IMG/VR virus record: IMGVR_UViG_3300037420_001937
Location: 1-36,644 of that record
Origin: a virus
Taxonomy: Duplodnaviria > Caudoviricetes
Strand: one strand, 5' to 3'
DNA length: 36,644 bases
Below, one piece after another: positions 15,809 to 25,444 of this stretch (the first letter of the stretch is position 1; each line of letters starts with the position of its first letter). A program made the position numbers and the translations under genes. The notes beneath the pieces were generated by a model. The model was not told the DNA's origin. It saw only the letters and a list, made by a program, of their open reading frames with translations, and did no database searches.

Positions 15809-17665
15809 TCAGGGCGCTCCGGCGTTGAGGTTGGTGGGACCGGGGGCCGCGAGCTGCCGGCGGAGGTCGGCATTGTTCCGGGCCAGCTGGGCGTTCCGCG
15901 CCTCGACCTGGCGGAGCCGGTTGCCGATCGCCGCGACGGCCTGCTGCGTCTCCATCACGACGTTCTGGGTGGCCATCTGGGCATCGATTCCCGTGCCCGC
16001 CTGCTGCAAAAACTTCTCGCCGACACCCTTCTCGATGTTGGAGGACAACTGCTGCGACAGGGCCGCTCTCTGCCCGATCCCGAGATTGGGCATCTGCCGC
16101 AGCAGTTCGGCCGACACCAGCTCGTTGAGCCGCTGGAAGCTCGCCGCCGAGAGCTGCCCATTGGCGCCCATCTCGAACTGGCCGCCGGCGATCCCCCGGG
16201 CCAGGGCCGCCTCGCCCTGGGCCTGGAAGCCGCCCATCGCCCTGGCCTGGCCGGCGACCTCCTTGCCGAAGGCGGCTGCGCCCTTGTCGATCTGTTGTGC
16301 CTGAAGTTTCTCCTGGGCCTTGATCGCCCTCAGTCCCGCCTCGGACTGTCGCTTGTTGTCTTGATCGATGGCGTCGCACGCGTCGAGGAGTTTCTGTTGC
16401 TCTTTCTCCTTGGCGCGAAGGATCTTCATGCCCGCTTCAAACTGACGCTTGTTGTCCTGGTCGATCCCGTCGGCCGCGTCGAGCATGGCCTTGGTCTGCT
16501 TCTCGGCTGCCTTCTGCTGAGCGGTCTTGGGGGCGAGCATCCGCTCGGCCTGCTCAAAGCCGGCGACGTGCTCGGGCAGGAAGTGTTGGGGGGCGAAACG
16601 CATGAGGTTGGCGACGTCGCTGGTGGCACCGGCCAGGCCCCGCTTCACCGCGTCGCGCACCATGATCTCGGCGTTCTCACGCAGTTTCGCCAGATCCCCC
16701 AGCTCATTCGTGATCTCCATGGCCTGCAGGTTGAGCTGCATGCGCTGCTCGCCAACCGGCATCTTGGCGGCGGCCTTCGCCAGCTGATCGCGGGTCTGCA
16801 GCAACTTGGCTCGGCGTGCCCGCTCGACACCTCCGATCAGGGTGTCGATGTCCGGCTCCTCGGCGATGACGCCTTCCAGCATCTTCGCTCTTGCGGCCTT
16901 CTCTTCCTTGTCCGGTTCGAGCTGCCGCAACTTGTCGAGGTCGGCCTGAAGTTGCTTCTGCTCGGTGATGTCCTTTTCGAGTTGCACCGACCTTTCGCGC
17001 AGCCTATTGTATTCGGCCGTCTGTTCAGCGGTGTGGGCCGAGAGCTTCTCGAGTTCTTCCAGCCGGTCCTTCGCCGCCTTGAGTTCTCGCTCCATCGCCG
17101 CGATGTCATTTGCGGCCCGCTCGAAGGCCCGGGTCTCCTGGAACAACGTGACGATGGTGTCCCAGTTCTTGTAGAGGATGTAAGCCCCGGTCGCCGCCAG
17201 CGAGATGCCGGTGGTCCAGCCAGCGATGGCGGTTTGCGACAGGCCAATGGCCTGGGCGATCCCCTCGAAGGTGCGCGGAATGTTGTTCAGGACCCCGAGA
17301 AACCCGCCGGTGGAGAAGTCCTCGACCCCTCGCGAGAACTCGAGCATCGCCTGCTGCGCGCCCCTGGAAGCCGCCGTCGACTTCTGCATGGACTGGGCGG
17401 CCATTGCGGCGGCCGCCCTTTGTGCGGAGCCGTACTTGGTGACGGCGTCCGTGGCGACCTGATAGGCCGCCCTGGCGTCCTCGAGCTGCGCCTGGAGCCT
17501 CCTCCCCTCGCGATAGTATTCCTCGACGCCGACCGCGCCAGATCGATAGTTCGCGGTTAAAGTGTCCAGAGCCCTTTGTGTTGAAACGATCTGGTTTTGC
17601 GCATCAGCGAATCCCTTGGTGTCGGCTTCAAGGATTAAGCGTGCAACTTCCTCGACCATCGACAT
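15809..17665 (-). CDS. Tape measure protein (618 aa)
   Basis: Ala/Gln/Glu-rich helical protein, ARLILEADTKGF N-terminus, hydrophobic segment ending YKNWDTI; position after tail tube. Confidence 0.8.
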   Translation of the reverse strand: MSMVEEVARLILEADTKGFADAQNQIVSTQRALDTLTANYRSGAVGVEEYYREGRRLQAQLEDARAAYQVATDAVTKYGSAQRAAAAMAAQSMQKSTAASRGAQQAMLEFSRGVEDFSTGGFLGVLNNIPRTFEGIAQAIGLSQTAIAGWTTGISLAATGAYILYKNWDTIVTLFQETRAFERAANDIAAMERELKAAKDRLEELEKLSAHTAEQTAEYNRLRERSVQLEKDITEQKQLQADLDKLRQLEPDKEEKAARAKMLEGVIAEEPDIDTLIGGVERARRAKLLQTRDQLAKAAAKMPVGEQRMQLNLQAMEITNELGDLAKLRENAEIMVRDAVKRGLAGATSDVANLMRFAPQHFLPEHVAGFEQAERMLAPKTAQQKAAEKQTKAMLDAADGIDQDNKRQFEAGMKILRAKEKEQQKLLDACDAIDQDNKRQSEAGLRAIKAQEKLQAQQIDKGAAAFGKEVAGQARAMGGFQAQGEAALARGIAGGQFEMGANGQLSAASFQRLNELVSAELLRQMPNLGIGQRAALSQQLSSNIEKGVGEKFLQQAGTGIDAQMATQNVVMETQQAVAAIGNRLRQVEARNAQLARNNADLRRQLAAPGPTNLNAGAP

Positions 17666-17701
17666 AATGAGGGGCCCTCAGTACGACATGGGAGGCTGGC
17701 A

Positions 17702-18043
17702 ATGCGACGACTGCTGATGGTGGCCGCGATGGCCGCGTGTCCCCTGGGTTGCCAGGAGCGGAAGCCTGATGGCGAGACGCTTCGTCCCGACTTGACGATC
17801 GGGGAGGAGATGCTCGCGATCGATCCTGAGGACGAAGGCAAGGAGGTCACCGTCTTGAGAATGTCAGGAGACGGTTACCCCCTGGGAACGATCACGAACG
17901 GCACGAAGGTGAGAGTCATTGCGGCGTGGCGGGACATCCCCAACGAACCGATCCCGGTCAAGGTCCTGATTCTCGAAGGGAAGAACCGGGATCGCGCGGG
18001 GGAGGTGTCCCGCTCATTCCTCACGCCGATCACGTATAAGTGA
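17702..18043 (+). CDS. Lipoprotein moron, antisense within tail operon
   Basis: GGAGG RBS; MRRLLMVAAMAACPLG-C lipobox; SH3-like GTKVRVI..VKVLILEG..GEV. Confidence 0.8.
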   Translation: MRRLLMVAAMAACPLGCQERKPDGETLRPDLTIGEEMLAIDPEDEGKEVTVLRMSGDGYPLGTITNGTKVRVIAAWRDIPNEPIPVKVLILEGKNRDRAGEVSRSFLTPITYK

Positions 18044-19013
18044 ACAGGAAGTCGACGTTGTTCGTCGTGTCGTACCGCGACCCGAGCGACAGCTTGCGCT
18101 GGTAGTTGGTCCCCAGAGGCAGGTCGTCGTCCAGGCCCTCGATCCGCGCCCTGGTCTTCCAGTCGAGCACGATCGTGTGGGTGCCGTTGGTCAGCGTGAG
18201 CGACAGCGTCTTGGACGCCAGGGTCTGGAACGCGCCCCGCAGGTCGGGCGACGCTCGCAGGATCACATCGGCGTCGAGCTTGACCTTGCGGCCCCAAGTG
18301 CGCTGTTTCTGCACGAACCGATTGGCGAAGAAGTTGAGGACGTGGTTGTACTGCCACGAGCAGTTGAGCGAGAGGAACTCGGCGAAGGCCGCCGAGTCGA
18401 TCGACAGCCCGCCGTTGGCGTGCGAGAACAGCACGTAGTCGGTCGGGTACTCGTTGTCCGCCGGCTGCGGGAACACCGTGGCGTTGGGGTCGGTGGACGC
18501 GTCGTAGCTGTTGCCCTGGTACGTCGAGCCGTTGAAGTCCAGCGAAAGCAGGAACTTCTGCCCGTCCTCGCTGGAGCTGAGCGACCCGGCGTCGACCTTG
18601 CAGCCCAGGTACCGGGTGCGCTTGTAGGCCCCGGTGTCGTCCTGCCAGACGGCGTGGTCGATCGTCACGCTGGCGAGCTGGTTGGCGGGCTCCGTCGTCG
18701 TCCAGGGGGCCGTCTGCCCCGAGTTGATCTTCGTCAGCGCCGCCCCCAGCAAAAGGCTGGCCTGGCTGTAGCAGAAGGTCGTCTTCAGCGTCCCCTTGAG
18801 CTGGGTCTTGTCGCTGATCGTATCGGACTCGACGTTGTAGCCGCCGCCGTACATGACGGACTGGGTGATCGGCACCGGCCGCATGCTGAAGCTGTTGCCC
18901 TCCTCGAGCCGGATGACGATCTGGTCGGTCCCCCGCACGGGGGTGACCTTGGGAGTGAGGTAGGACGATTCCTGGGTGACCTGGACGAACTCACGAGCGA
19001 AACCGACGGACAT
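18030..19013 (-). CDS. Major tail tube protein (327 aa)
   Basis: VQVTQESSYLTP N-terminus, RYLGCKVDAGSLS; position after tail terminator. Confidence 0.85.
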   Translation of the reverse strand: MSVGFAREFVQVTQESSYLTPKVTPVRGTDQIVIRLEEGNSFSMRPVPITQSVMYGGGYNVESDTISDKTQLKGTLKTTFCYSQASLLLGAALTKINSGQTAPWTTTEPANQLASVTIDHAVWQDDTGAYKRTRYLGCKVDAGSLSSSEDGQKFLLSLDFNGSTYQGNSYDASTDPNATVFPQPADNEYPTDYVLFSHANGGLSIDSAAFAEFLSLNCSWQYNHVLNFFANRFVQKQRTWGRKVKLDADVILRASPDLRGAFQTLASKTLSLTLTNGTHTIVLDWKTRARIEGLDDDLPLGTNYQRKLSLGSRYDTTNNVDFLFTYT

Positions 19014-19059
19014 GGCAGCGCTCCCTTGGTCGGGAGGGGAAGGCGGACCGGGTTAGTGC

Positions 19060-19566
19060 TTACGAGGTCTTCACCTCGATCTTGAAGCTGCCGACGGGCC
19101 GGAACTGGCCGTCGGAGCCGGCGGACGGATTGGGGTCGTGGGCGGGGTTGACGGCCTCGATCAGGCCCGTGGTCGCCCCCGCCGTCTTGAGCTTGTCGTG
19201 GACGGCGAACATCGTGGTGGGGTCGCTCGGCCGAAGCACCTTCGCCATCGCGTAGAACAGGTTCTCGACGTCGTCGACGACCAGGCCGGAGACGAGCATC
19301 TCGACCATGATGACCAGGTCGCCCTTCGTGGCCCCGGGGAACCACCAGTTTTCGGCGTGAGGCACGGGCGTGAGCCGGACGGCCACGCCCTGCTGGAGCG
19401 CGAAGTCGGCCTTGTCCTCGGGCAGACCGCGCCAGCTGCGGAACGCCCCGGGCTTGCTGAAGACGCTCTGCAGGATCGGGGCACTGCGCAACAGGTCGTC
19501 GATCGCCCGAAAGACGAGGGTTCGCGGCGAGTCGTCAAAGGGGAGCTTGCCATAGCGCGTCGCCAT
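19060..19566 (-). CDS. Putative tail terminator/completion protein
   Basis: Size and position between neck gene and tail tube. Confidence 0.6.
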   Translation of the reverse strand: MATRYGKLPFDDSPRTLVFRAIDDLLRSAPILQSVFSKPGAFRSWRGLPEDKADFALQQGVAVRLTPVPHAENWWFPGATKGDLVIMVEMLVSGLVVDDVENLFYAMAKVLRPSDPTTMFAVHDKLKTAGATTGLIEAVNPAHDPNPSAGSDGQFRPVGSFKIEVKTS

Positions 19567-20096
19567 CAGTTCTTACCTTTCAGCACGTCGCCGGCGAACT
19601 GGCGGAACCTGGCCTGGACCTTCGCCCAGCCGGCCGGCGTGATCCCGCCGACGTCGCGCTTGGGCAGCACCCACTTCGTCCCGGGCTTCCTCGCACCGGT
19701 GAGGTGATACTGGGCGAAGCCCTGGCCCTTCTTGTTGACGATGCCCTCGTACCACATCCGCAGGACCGTGAACCCCTGGCCCGATTCCTGCCAGGCGGTC
19801 TTGAAGTTGGTGATGAACCTGGAGTTGAGCCCCCGCGGTACCAGGACCGGCCCGAAGCCCCGCTTGGGGTTCTTGAACGTCGACTCGGCCATCGGTGCCA
19901 GGCGCTTGCCGAAGCGGTCCACGCCTTCAAGCAGGCCCCGACCCAGGAGTTTCTCGATATTGTCCTGGACGATGATGTTGCGGATGTCCCCCTTGACGCG
20001 CGCCGTCCCCTTGCCGTTCAAGCGAGCGGCCTCCTGGATGGCGCGCATCTTCTGTACGAGGGCCCCGGACTGGGGCCATTTGACGGTGACCGCCAT
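19566..20096 (-). CDS. Neck/tail-completion protein (Mu gpG / P2 gpS-like)
   Basis: Basic; GVDRFGKRLAPMAEST, FAQYHLTG, LPKRDVGGI resemble the G..W.PL..ST / YA..HQ.G / IP.R.FLG motifs. Confidence 0.7.
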   Translation of the reverse strand: MAVTVKWPQSGALVQKMRAIQEAARLNGKGTARVKGDIRNIIVQDNIEKLLGRGLLEGVDRFGKRLAPMAESTFKNPKRGFGPVLVPRGLNSRFITNFKTAWQESGQGFTVLRMWYEGIVNKKGQGFAQYHLTGARKPGTKWVLPKRDVGGITPAGWAKVQARFRQFAGDVLKGKN

Positions 20097-20114
20097 GGGA
20101 GAAGTGGTGATCGC

Positions 20115-20327
20115 TCAGGAGGGCCTGGAAGACCGGGTCTCGGTGGCTGGCTCGGACGCAGCCTCGAAGCGGATCCCGTGGTCGCCGGGATAGGGCAGGC
20201 GGTGATCGTGGCGGGCGAGCAGGATGGCGTCGGGGATCCCCTCGGGGAATGCCGTGCACCGCATCGTCCCATACGGGGCCGAACGGTCGAGGTGCTTGCA
20301 TTCGAGGCACTGGGGGAAGATGGTCAC
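20115..20327 (-). CDS. Small Cys/His protein, candidate immunity or partner protein (70 aa)
   Basis: GTGA overlap; [16 protein letters not shown]....[14 protein letters not shown]. Confidence 0.8.
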   Translation of the reverse strand: MTIFPQCLECKHLDRSAPYGTMRCTAFPEGIPDAILLARHDHRLPYPGDHGIRFEAASEPATETRSSRPS

Positions 20328-21667
20328 GGGGTCGGCCCCTTGAGCTTCGCGTAGAACGCCATCACCCACGTATTATACGTCTTCCCGGCCTTCAGTCCCG
20401 CATAAACCTCGGCCACGAACTCGAGCGGGTGCGTGGCGGCGTACCGGCTCACCTCGGTGGCGATCCTCGCCTGCTGTGCTGGCTTGAATTGCGATCCTCT
20501 GAGCGACTTCACCACGACGGCATCGTGCTGCGCGTGGGCCAGCTCGTGATGGATGATGTGATCCTCCGCCGTGCTGGAGAACCAGCCTTTTCCGCCGGCG
20601 TTCGCCATGTACGTGGCCGGGTCACTCCAGTACGGGTGCTTCTCGTTGATGTAAAGCGTTCCATCTTTGGGGCGGAAGGCCGCGATGACCCTGTTGACCG
20701 GCTGTCGCGTCCATGTCGCGATCGCGGCATGCCCATTGGGAGCGATGGGAACCCCGAGCGCCTGGGCGGCGGCGATCGCGCGCTGGATGGCCGGCGTGGC
20801 ACCGGGTGAAGGGACGGGTCCGGGAGCCGGAGGAGGCGCCTTCGCCGGCTGCTGGACCGGCGCCGGAGTCCGGGCGATCGATCGGGCCGGCACCTTCGCC
20901 GGCGGCGAGGCCTTCGGCCTGGGCCCTGGCTTCGGCTTGGGTGGGACGGGTGCCGTCGTCGGCGTCCCCTTTTGGCTTCGCTGGCTGGTGTCGTAAACCT
21001 CGATGTACTTCGAGAGCGGGTTGGGCTTCTGTCCCGGCGCGAGGTAATGGACCTTCCCGATCACGTAGCCGCCGCCGGGTCCTGGCCTCGCTCCCGGAGG
21101 CAGCGGTTGCGGTCCGGCGGAGGTGGCTCGCTGCGGCACGGGCTTCGTCGCCGACGGCAAGACCTTCGGCCTGGGCTCGGGCTTCGGCTTCGGCGTGACG
21201 TGGGTCCGCTTCCACCAGTCGCGCGCGTCGCGGGCGATCTTCTTGCGGCCGGCAGGGCTGATGCCGATCGTGTTCCGCACCGGCAGGGCGCGGGCGCCGT
21301 GCTTGTAGGCGTGGTACCCGAGGATCTTCGCCCAACTGGTCCGCCCGTGGCCCTTCCAGTAGAGCGTGGCGGCGCTCGCCGTCGTCCGCACGTCCAGGAG
21401 GTTGATCGTCCGCGACTCGGCGTAGTGCGGAATCAGCGGCGGGCCCTTGGCCCCATCCGGCCGGCTCTCCGGCTTCACCAGCTTGAGCTTCTTGCCGTCG
21501 ATCCCGATGCCCCGCCGGATCTCCCGCCGTTTGACCTCGAGCGCGATCTCGCCCAGACGCCGCCAGTAGGCCCGCCGGTCCGCCTCCGAGGCGCGGGCCC
21601 ACTCCGGCCCGGCCGGCTCCCACTCCTGGCCGGTGAGCCGGATATTGAGCGGTTCGGTGTTGGGCAT
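20324..21667 (-). CDS. gpG-like domain + Pro-rich linker + zincin metallopeptidase (447 aa)
   Basis: N-terminus paralogous to 19566-20096; C-terminal [30 protein letters not shown]. Confidence 0.8.
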   Translation of the reverse strand: MPNTEPLNIRLTGQEWEPAGPEWARASEADRRAYWRRLGEIALEVKRREIRRGIGIDGKKLKLVKPESRPDGAKGPPLIPHYAESRTINLLDVRTTASAATLYWKGHGRTSWAKILGYHAYKHGARALPVRNTIGISPAGRKKIARDARDWWKRTHVTPKPKPEPRPKVLPSATKPVPQRATSAGPQPLPPGARPGPGGGYVIGKVHYLAPGQKPNPLSKYIEVYDTSQRSQKGTPTTAPVPPKPKPGPRPKASPPAKVPARSIARTPAPVQQPAKAPPPAPGPVPSPGATPAIQRAIAAAQALGVPIAPNGHAAIATWTRQPVNRVIAAFRPKDGTLYINEKHPYWSDPATYMANAGGKGWFSSTAEDHIIHHELAHAQHDAVVVKSLRGSQFKPAQQARIATEVSRYAATHPLEFVAEVYAGLKAGKTYNTWVMAFYAKLKGPTP

Positions 21668-22482
21668 CAGCGGAGGTTGGTGGCCCCGCAGTTAATGTAC
21701 ACATCAGCGAAGCCGTCGCCGTTGAGGTCGATTTCCGCGCGGTAGGTCTTCACCAGCTCGTTGGCCTCGAACGCGAACCCCCGGGCCAGGTCCTGGTACG
21801 AGTGGTCGCCGTTCTTGCCCAGCTGGGCGCGGCAAATGTAGCTGAGCGCCTTCTTGGCGGTCACCTCGCGCGTGGTGTCGGTGACCATCAGCAGATTGTT
21901 GGCGAGCTGGTCCCGCAGCCACTTCGACGGCATCGGGTCGCGGCCGCCGTAGAGCGACCACGCGCCCCACCCCGGCGTGCCCAGCTGGGGAGCGAACCCC
22001 AGGTACTTCCACCGGCTCACCAGGATCTCGTCCAGCCAGCTGCGGGCCCGGCCGACCTGCACGGCGAAGCCGGCCTGATCGGTGCCCGACTGCAAGTCGT
22101 CGATCCACGCGGCGTACTCACGCAGGTCATCGATCGAGCAGTAGGACGGTGCGGCGACGGCGGTCCCCGGGGCCGGCAGGACCTGGAGTTGCCCGAGGTA
22201 GTAGGTGTGGGTGCCGCTGGCGTCGGCGACCGAGCACTGGACCTGGTACGTCGCCGGCGTCAGGCTGGCCGATTGGGCGGCGGTGATGGTCAGCGTGGTC
22301 AGGCCGGCCGGGGCGCTTGACCAGGCTGGCACCAGGGTCAGCAGCGCCGCACGCGTGCCTCCCGGCCAGACCTTGGCGGCCAGCGCCTCGGTCCCGGCGT
22401 ACGCGATCGCCACGCCGTTGGTGTCGACGATCGGCACTGTCCAGGTATCGCCGGACCCTTGCTGCAGCGGCCAGGTCGCCAT
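21667..22482 (-). CDS. Head-tail adaptor with extra N-terminal Ig/BppU-like domain
   Basis: Beta-sandwich N-half (QGSGDTWTVPIVD..TYQVQCSV); C-half starts YCSIDDLREY..RARSWLDEIL. Confidence 0.7.
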   Translation of the reverse strand: MATWPLQQGSGDTWTVPIVDTNGVAIAYAGTEALAAKVWPGGTRAALLTLVPAWSSAPAGLTTLTITAAQSASLTPATYQVQCSVADASGTHTYYLGQLQVLPAPGTAVAAPSYCSIDDLREYAAWIDDLQSGTDQAGFAVQVGRARSWLDEILVSRWKYLGFAPQLGTPGWGAWSLYGGRDPMPSKWLRDQLANNLLMVTDTTREVTAKKALSYICRAQLGKNGDHSYQDLARGFAFEANELVKTYRAEIDLNGDGFADVYINCGATNLR

Positions 22483-22487
22483 CGAGG

Positions 22488-22646
22488 TCAGTCCTTTGTG
22501 GGGGCCGAGCGGGAGGGGTCCGGACCCTGGCGGATGGGCGAGGGCCGCGAAGGGTCTGGGTTGCGGGACGCCGCCGCGGGCAGCGCGGCTGTCCCTGCGG
22601 TGATCGCCCCTCCGGTGTAGGGGAGCGAGCCGTAGGCCGCGAGCAT
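22488..22646 (-). CDS. 52-aa protein (not in ORF track)
   Basis: GGAG RBS; MLAAYGSLPYTGGAITAG..PDPSR x2; fills the intergenic gap. Confidence 0.55.
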   Translation of the reverse strand: MLAAYGSLPYTGGAITAGTAALPAAASRNPDPSRPSPIRQGPDPSRSAPTKD

Positions 22647-22688
22647 GGGGAGACTCCGGGGTTCGGACGCGGGGCGGAGCGGACCGGG

Positions 22689-23054
22689 TCAGACGATCGT
22701 CGCGCCACTGAACGACGGGTGTCGGAGGGCGGCGGCGTAGAGCTTTTGGCCGATGGTGGCGTAGGCGCTCGCGAATTCCGCGTCCGCCATCAGTTCAGCC
22801 AGCGTCGGGAACGACTCGGCCGCGACGGGCGGGTTGGCCGTCGGATTGCCCGGAGTCAGGACCTGGCCGAGCGAGATCCCGACCTGGCCGAGCGGCGCGG
22901 CCGCCCATGCCGCGGCGTTCGGGTTGAGGTCCAGCGTCATCCGGCCGACGCCGGCGGCGATGTTCAGCTCGAGCCGCGAGATCCACGCATAGACGTTGGA
23001 TAGCGGATTTGCTGGGTCGTACGGATTCGGGTAAGTCGGGATATTGAGCGCCAT
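22689..23054 (-). CDS. Fibre-associated protein or chaperone (121 aa)
   Basis: GAGG RBS; directly after fibre gene. Confidence 0.6.
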   Translation of the reverse strand: MALNIPTYPNPYDPANPLSNVYAWISRLELNIAAGVGRMTLDLNPNAAAWAAAPLGQVGISLGQVLTPGNPTANPPVAAESFPTLAELMADAEFASAYATIGQKLYAAALRHPSFSGATIV

Positions 23055-23064
23055 GGGAGCCTCT

Positions 23065-24741
23065 TCAATAGAGCGGATTGACCACACCCGAGCCGTCCTT
23101 GTAGACCAATTTGCCCGCGGTGGTCGAGAAGTAGAGAGAGCCGTTCGGGGCCGACGAATCGGCGAGTTGTGCGGGTTTGATCGGACCGTAGACCGTGACG
23201 CTCTTGTCCCCGCAGAGGGTCAGTACGTCAGTCTGAGTCGTCTGACCGGTGCAGATCGCCCACGTGAGCAGGTTCGACCCGAGGCTTGACGAGAGGCTAC
23301 TTTTGAGCGAGTGCCGCCAGTTCCCGGGGCCGAGGTTACCGGCGATCTGGATCCTTTGGACCTCGACATATATGCCGTCTGCACCTGAGTTCGCCGAGTT
23401 GAGCACGCCTGAAAACGTCGAATCGGCCGCGACGGTCAGCGTACCGTTGCTTGAGAGGTTCGTCGCCGTCAGGCCGGTCGGATCGACATAGGCCAGCGTG
23501 CTGCCGTTGTTCTTGGCCTTCCAGATCGCCCCGGACGTATGGGTCACACTGGCGTTAATCGTGACCGCATCGATCGCATCGGCCGCGTCGCTCTGGATCG
23601 TCAGCCCGATCGCGCTGTTGAGCGACCGCAACTTGCCGAACGCCGAGCCCATCTGGAGTTCGGCGAGGTTCACGATCCCGGTCCCCGCGAGCGAGCGGGT
23701 CGGCTGGTTGTCGTTGCCGAAGATCAGCGTCCCGGAGGAGCCGCCGTCGACGTCGCTGACCGTGTGCGTGCCGATTGAGACGGTCGGGGACAGCAACTGG
23801 ATCGACGAGGCCGCAGCGGTCACTCCGGCGACGATCTGCAAGATCGTGAACGCGCCTCCGACGCCCGGCCCGGCGTTGATCCCAAAAGACGACCAGCCGG
23901 ATTGATAGGGACCGAGCTCCAGGGCGCCGCGGACGCTTCCGGTGGCCTGGTCTAACGTGAAAGCGATCGGTCGCACCTGGAAGCGATTCACCCCGTCGTT
24001 GGCCGCCGAGAGGTACTCAAAGTAGAACTCGCTCGTCGTCTTGCCGGAGGAGGGCTCGACGTAACGGGCCTCGATATTCAGCGTCGACGTGGGTAGATCG
24101 TTGCGCCCGGGGGCAGCGGGATCGCGATTCGGGTTGTACCCGAGATAGAGCACGGGGTCCCAATACTGGGTGGAGTCGACCGTAGAGAATCCGCCATAGG
24201 CGCACAGCTGCCAGGGCCCGAATGAAGCTGAGTCGATTGGCTGATGCGTGAGGAGAGTCTGTGGGTTCGGGGCGGCGAGAGTGCCCCCCTGCGTGCCGTG
24301 GTCGATCTGGGGGGTCACGATCTTCGACGCGTGGGTCTTCACGCCGGCGACGACCTGGTCCCCTGTGACCTTCACCGCGGCGGCGTCGAGGGTCGACAGG
24401 TCGCCGTTGAGGTCATTGATGGCCGCGGCGTTATTCAGGGCCCCGAACACGTCTCCGGGCGTGAAGTCCTGGTCGGTCCCCGACTCCAGCGTCAGCCCGG
24501 AGATGACGTCGCCAACGACGCTGGTGGCCCTGTAGGTCGCGTACTTGGTCAGGTCGATCAGCTGTCCCGAGGGACTCATCGCGCTAACCTTGATCGCGGT
24601 GACCCGGATCGGACTGGACGCCGACGGCGTGCCGAACAGTGACCCCTTGCCGGGTGACACCGTGAACGACGTCGAGACGCCGTGGGTGTAGGCGGTAGCG
24701 AGGGTGGTCAGCGCGTTGTCGACGGCGAGGCATCGGCCCAT
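23065..24741 (-). CDS. Fibre / receptor-binding protein (558 aa)
   Basis: Gly/Ser/Thr-rich; fibre motif VKVTGDQVVAGVKT; C-terminal APNGSLYFSTTAGKLVYKD. Confidence 0.75.
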   Translation of the reverse strand: MGRCLAVDNALTTLATAYTHGVSTSFTVSPGKGSLFGTPSASSPIRVTAIKVSAMSPSGQLIDLTKYATYRATSVVGDVISGLTLESGTDQDFTPGDVFGALNNAAAINDLNGDLSTLDAAAVKVTGDQVVAGVKTHASKIVTPQIDHGTQGGTLAAPNPQTLLTHQPIDSASFGPWQLCAYGGFSTVDSTQYWDPVLYLGYNPNRDPAAPGRNDLPTSTLNIEARYVEPSSGKTTSEFYFEYLSAANDGVNRFQVRPIAFTLDQATGSVRGALELGPYQSGWSSFGINAGPGVGGAFTILQIVAGVTAAASSIQLLSPTVSIGTHTVSDVDGGSSGTLIFGNDNQPTRSLAGTGIVNLAELQMGSAFGKLRSLNSAIGLTIQSDAADAIDAVTINASVTHTSGAIWKAKNNGSTLAYVDPTGLTATNLSSNGTLTVAADSTFSGVLNSANSGADGIYVEVQRIQIAGNLGPGNWRHSLKSSLSSSLGSNLLTWAICTGQTTQTDVLTLCGDKSVTVYGPIKPAQLADSSAPNGSLYFSTTAGKLVYKDGSGVVNPLY

Positions 24742-24820
24742 GGATCAGCTCCGCTGGTGGCCCATAAGGGGGATCGAGACGTCGCCGGCCGCGGCGATCG
24801 CGGCGGCCGGCGACGCACGA

Positions 24821-25357
24821 TCAGGTGTCGCGGACGTCGACGGCCAGGAGCACGACGCGCCCCCGGTGGGTGTCAGCGCTGTTCGTGCCGGTCCGGCGGA
24901 CCCGGATCAGCACCCAGTCGCCGGCGGCGACGCCGTCCAGGTTGGCGACGACGATCGCGATCGCGCCCGATTGGACGATCCCCGCCGTCGCCGGCAGGGT
25001 GATGGTGCCTGCGGTCTCCGTGCCCATGCCGGTCTCGTCGAGCACGTCGGTGCCGCCGGCCAGCTTCTTGACGGTCACCGTGAACCGCGCCACCTTGCCC
25101 GGGTCGGGGTTGTTGGGATCGTCGGCGACGAACAGGGTGAACGTCGCGCCGGTGGCCAGGGCCGCGGTGTCGGGGAGCCGGCCGATCCACACCGCGTCGG
25201 TATCGGTCAGGGGGCGGTAGCCCAGTCCCGCGCCCAGTCCCGAGGCGATCAGGGGATTGGGCGCGAGCAGGTTGTGTCCGGGCCCCATGGGTCCGCCTGC
25301 CGCGGAGGGAAAGGCATCCTGGGGCCGGAGGGTCAGAAGACAGTTACCGGAAGCCAT
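24821..25357 (-). CDS. Putative head decoration / fibre-base protein
   Basis: Directly after capsid gene; jelly-roll-like VAAGDWVLIRVRR..DT..G.V.L. Confidence 0.6.
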   Translation of the reverse strand: MASGNCLLTLRPQDAFPSAAGGPMGPGHNLLAPNPLIASGLGAGLGYRPLTDTDAVWIGRLPDTAALATGATFTLFVADDPNNPDPGKVARFTVTVKKLAGGTDVLDETGMGTETAGTITLPATAGIVQSGAIAIVVANLDGVAAGDWVLIRVRRTGTNSADTHRGRVVLLAVDVRDT

Positions 25358-25404
25358 GGTTTGCTCCCTGGAGGAAAGCGAGAGAGAGGATCGGGGAAGG
25401 GCGA

Positions 25405-25439
25405 GCGGGCCTGGCCTCCCGACCGGAGGCCAGGCCCGC
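25405..25439 (-). terminator. Hairpin after major capsid gene
   Basis: 15-bp perfect stem GCGGGCCTGGCCTCC/GGAGGCCAGGCCCGC then a pyrimidine-rich tract. Confidence 0.65.
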
Positions 25440-25444
25440 GGAGA

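Noticed and set aside
17597-17605. TTGCGCATC match to the palindrome half-site as a second recombination site
   Set aside because: Only 9 bp, no dyad partner, compatible with chance
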